DNA of 64,000 nucleotides from assembly GCA_030390025.1 (NCBI GenBank), contig CM059432.1:11346001-11410000 (forward strand), written 5' to 3'. A model generated the notes under the pieces. That model made no database searches. It was not told the origin of the DNA and worked only from the letters and a program-made list of their open reading frames with translations. The position numbers and the translations under genes are program-made. Of this stretch, positions 61,421 through 64,000 are shown piece by piece. The stretch's first letter is position 1. The number at the start of each line of letters is the position of its first letter. Source of the DNA: Squalus acanthias (lineage: Eukaryota).

Positions 61421-63117
61421 TCACTTGCACTTCTTGTGGTTTAACCAAGACTCGTAGCTTACCATTGTACAATTGTGAAGTGTGAACTCTTGACCTATCA
61501 CTGCATTGCAGGAACACTGGTACTCTGGATAGATCTTTGATCGCTTTTTATGGAATTTTATTTAAAATAAGTGCACCAAACATGGCTTTTTTAAAATCAT
61601 CTTGATTAAAAGTGTCAGTTAAAATACAAAGCAGTCAAGTTCTTTGTATAATGATTACCAAGAAATTAAAAGATTAATTTTCTAACCATTTCTCCAGTCA
61701 ACCTGATGACATACTGTGCCATTTTTCGAAGGTTTATTCAGTTCTATGTATTCTGTTAAAACTGTATTATTGGCCCTATATATTGTACACTTTGAGACAG
61801 TTATCTTCAATAGTCACATTTTTTTGTATGTGAAAATGGTGTACATGAATTTTTTTTTCAAAATTGTTTGGCCTAATTTAGTTTTGTTACATTCCAATTC
61901 CAAACTTCACCTACAAAAAATGTATTGTTTCAGAACACAGAAAAATTGCTGTGAACTTTCTGGCTATTGTACATTACAGAATGATTGTAGTACTTGGTAC
62001 AGTTCTTCTGGCTATTTTCATTTCATGCTGAAATTCAGTAACAGGAATAGCCCTTGAAGGAAAAAGTATATATTTGCTTCTCAAAATGATGCTGGACCAT
62101 TCCTAAACTATTGCTGGTGTAAGTTTTTGTTCCAGAAGTTTACATCTAACTAATGAGCATTTTATTGATAAAATTGAAATAAAAATGTTGAAGCAGTAGG
62201 GGGTTGCCTCAAATACAGTCTTTTGATTTATATTGTTGCAATGACCAGTCTAATTGAGGAAAGGATTGACACTGGAATTTAAACGCAAACTTCATTGTGC
62301 CTTTTTTTTAAAGGAAAGACTGCATGGGTTCGGTTTCTTTGGCCTGACAGGTGTCAGTGAAGAATGTTGCTTTTCCTCTTAGTTTGAGTCCTGTATGTTG
62401 TGTATCCAGGGTGAATGGCACTGCATTAATGATTTTTGGCATTTAATCTGGTAACTGCCTTGTCTTTGTTGAAGTATTCAAAATGTTCTAGCTATCGATG
62501 AACTATTATTGGAACCTTGATTATCCACCACAATGGAGCTTGGGAGGAATATGGTGCCACCAGTAAAGCATTTTAAGCCAGAATTCTTGATTCCGGCAGG
62601 TGGTGTTAGGAACACAGGAACAGGAGTAGGCCATTCATCCCCTCGAGTTGTTAACGTTCAGTGCATGAGGGCTTTTAAGATGGCTGATAAATTGCCTGTT
62701 CCAGCAATAGCAAAGGCAGAATAACAGAGATGGGTCAAAGAAAAAAATTGCTACCATCCCGAATCCCAGTGTTCCAACAATCTCAAAATTTCTCACATGA
62801 TGAAGAATGTAGATAACGAGAGCATGAATAATTGAAGTTGTGTTGCGCTGTTAACTTTTTTTTAAGTTGCTGTAATTTTATTGCAAAGTATATAAAGCAT
62901 TTAAAATAAACTTGTATTTCCAATTTATTCATTCTTTTAAATAGAAGAAATATTTCATGACCCAACAAATCCAATTGGGGGAGGGAGAGTTCTTTGGACA
63001 ATTGCCATTTTTAGTCTATGACATTTTGTTTCCATGCCGTAGAGTTAAACCTTGCTGTTTTGACTAGACAATACTGCAGGAGGTTGATTTTGTTAATGCT
63101 TTTGATTCTCTGTTAAC

Positions 63118-64000
63118 AAATTATAGACCTGTTAGTCTAACATCTGTTGTGAGGAAGTTATTGGAATCTATAATTAAGGACAGAATGACTGAGCACTTAG
63201 AGAAATTTGAGCTGATTAGAGAGAGCCAACATGGATTTGTAAAGGGTAGGTCATGTCTAGCGAACTTAATTGAATTTTTTGAGGAAGTAACTAAAGTTGT
63301 AGACAGGGGAATGTCTATGGCTGTAATTTAGAACATAAGAAATAGGAGCAGGAGTAGGCCATTCGGCCCCTCGAGCTTGCTCCACCATTCAATAAGATCA
63401 TGGCTGATCTTCTACCTCAACTCCACCTTCCCGCACTGTCCCCATATCCCTTGATTCCCTTAGTATCCATCTTTGTAGAGAATTTCAAAGATTCACAACC
63501 CTCCGAGTGAAGAAATTTCTCCTCATCTCAGTCCTAAATGGCCGACCCCCTTATCCTGAGACTATGACCCCTAATTCTAGACTCTCCAGCCAGGGGAAAC
63601 ATCCTCCCAGCATCTACCCTGTCGAGCCCCTTAAGAATTTTATATGTTTCAATGAGATCACCTCTCAATCTTCCAAACGCTATGGAATATAGGCCTAGTC
63701 TACTCAATCTCTCTTAGGACATCCCAGGAATCAATCTATTCATCCTTTGCTGAATTCTAAAATCCTCCCAAATCCTCAGGTTTACTACTTTTTGTGGCAG
63801 CGTTATAAGCTACTTCCTTTAATCTAATACCATCTTTAACTTCTCTGGTTAGCCACGATTGGACCACTTTTCCCATGGGGATTTTATTCCTTAAGGGAAT
63901 GTAAATCATTATGAATTATGAATTATTTCTTTAAATGTTTGCCATTGCTCTCCTCATGTCTTTAATCTAGTTTCCCAATCTACCTGAGCCAACGCGCCCC
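63118..64000. mobile_element. CR1 fragments: + strand RT piece 63118-63328 abutting a deleted minus-strand CR1 (63330 to window end)
   Basis: ESIIKDRM..SQHGFVKGRSCLANLIEFFEEV; GAACATAAGAAATAGGAGCAGGAG tail at 63331. Confidence 0.85.

Noticed and set aside
42280..64000. Next LDLRAD4 exons (short EGCLWPS-type exon; PY/SIM-motif terminal exon)
   Set aside because: No matching sequence found by eye or in the ORF track; probably beyond the window, though a short divergent exon could have been missed.

Overview
Eukaryotic, repeat-dense vertebrate DNA. The repeat content (CR1 LINEs, SacSINE1/DeuSINE-like SINEs, Penelope elements) points to a cartilaginous fish, probably a shark. The window looks like intronic sequence of one + strand gene. 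The only host coding exon I recognise is 155 bp at 42125-42279, encoding the transmembrane segment of LDLRAD4 (PMEPA1 family). The rest is mostly layered transposon debris: two near-full-length minus-strand CR1s (one with a nested opposite-strand CR1, one with an inserted 40-bp minisatellite), many LINE 3' fragments, SINEs and MITE-like elements. The most striking structure is a young Penelope-like insertion at 53696-56124. It is a ~2.4-kb near-perfect palindrome with a 12-bp target-site duplication, an open GIY-YIG endonuclease frame, a minimal hammerhead ribozyme motif in each arm, a 34-nt one-sided tail and a 27-bp micro-inversion between arms. All calls were made by eye, so boundaries of degraded repeats are approximate.
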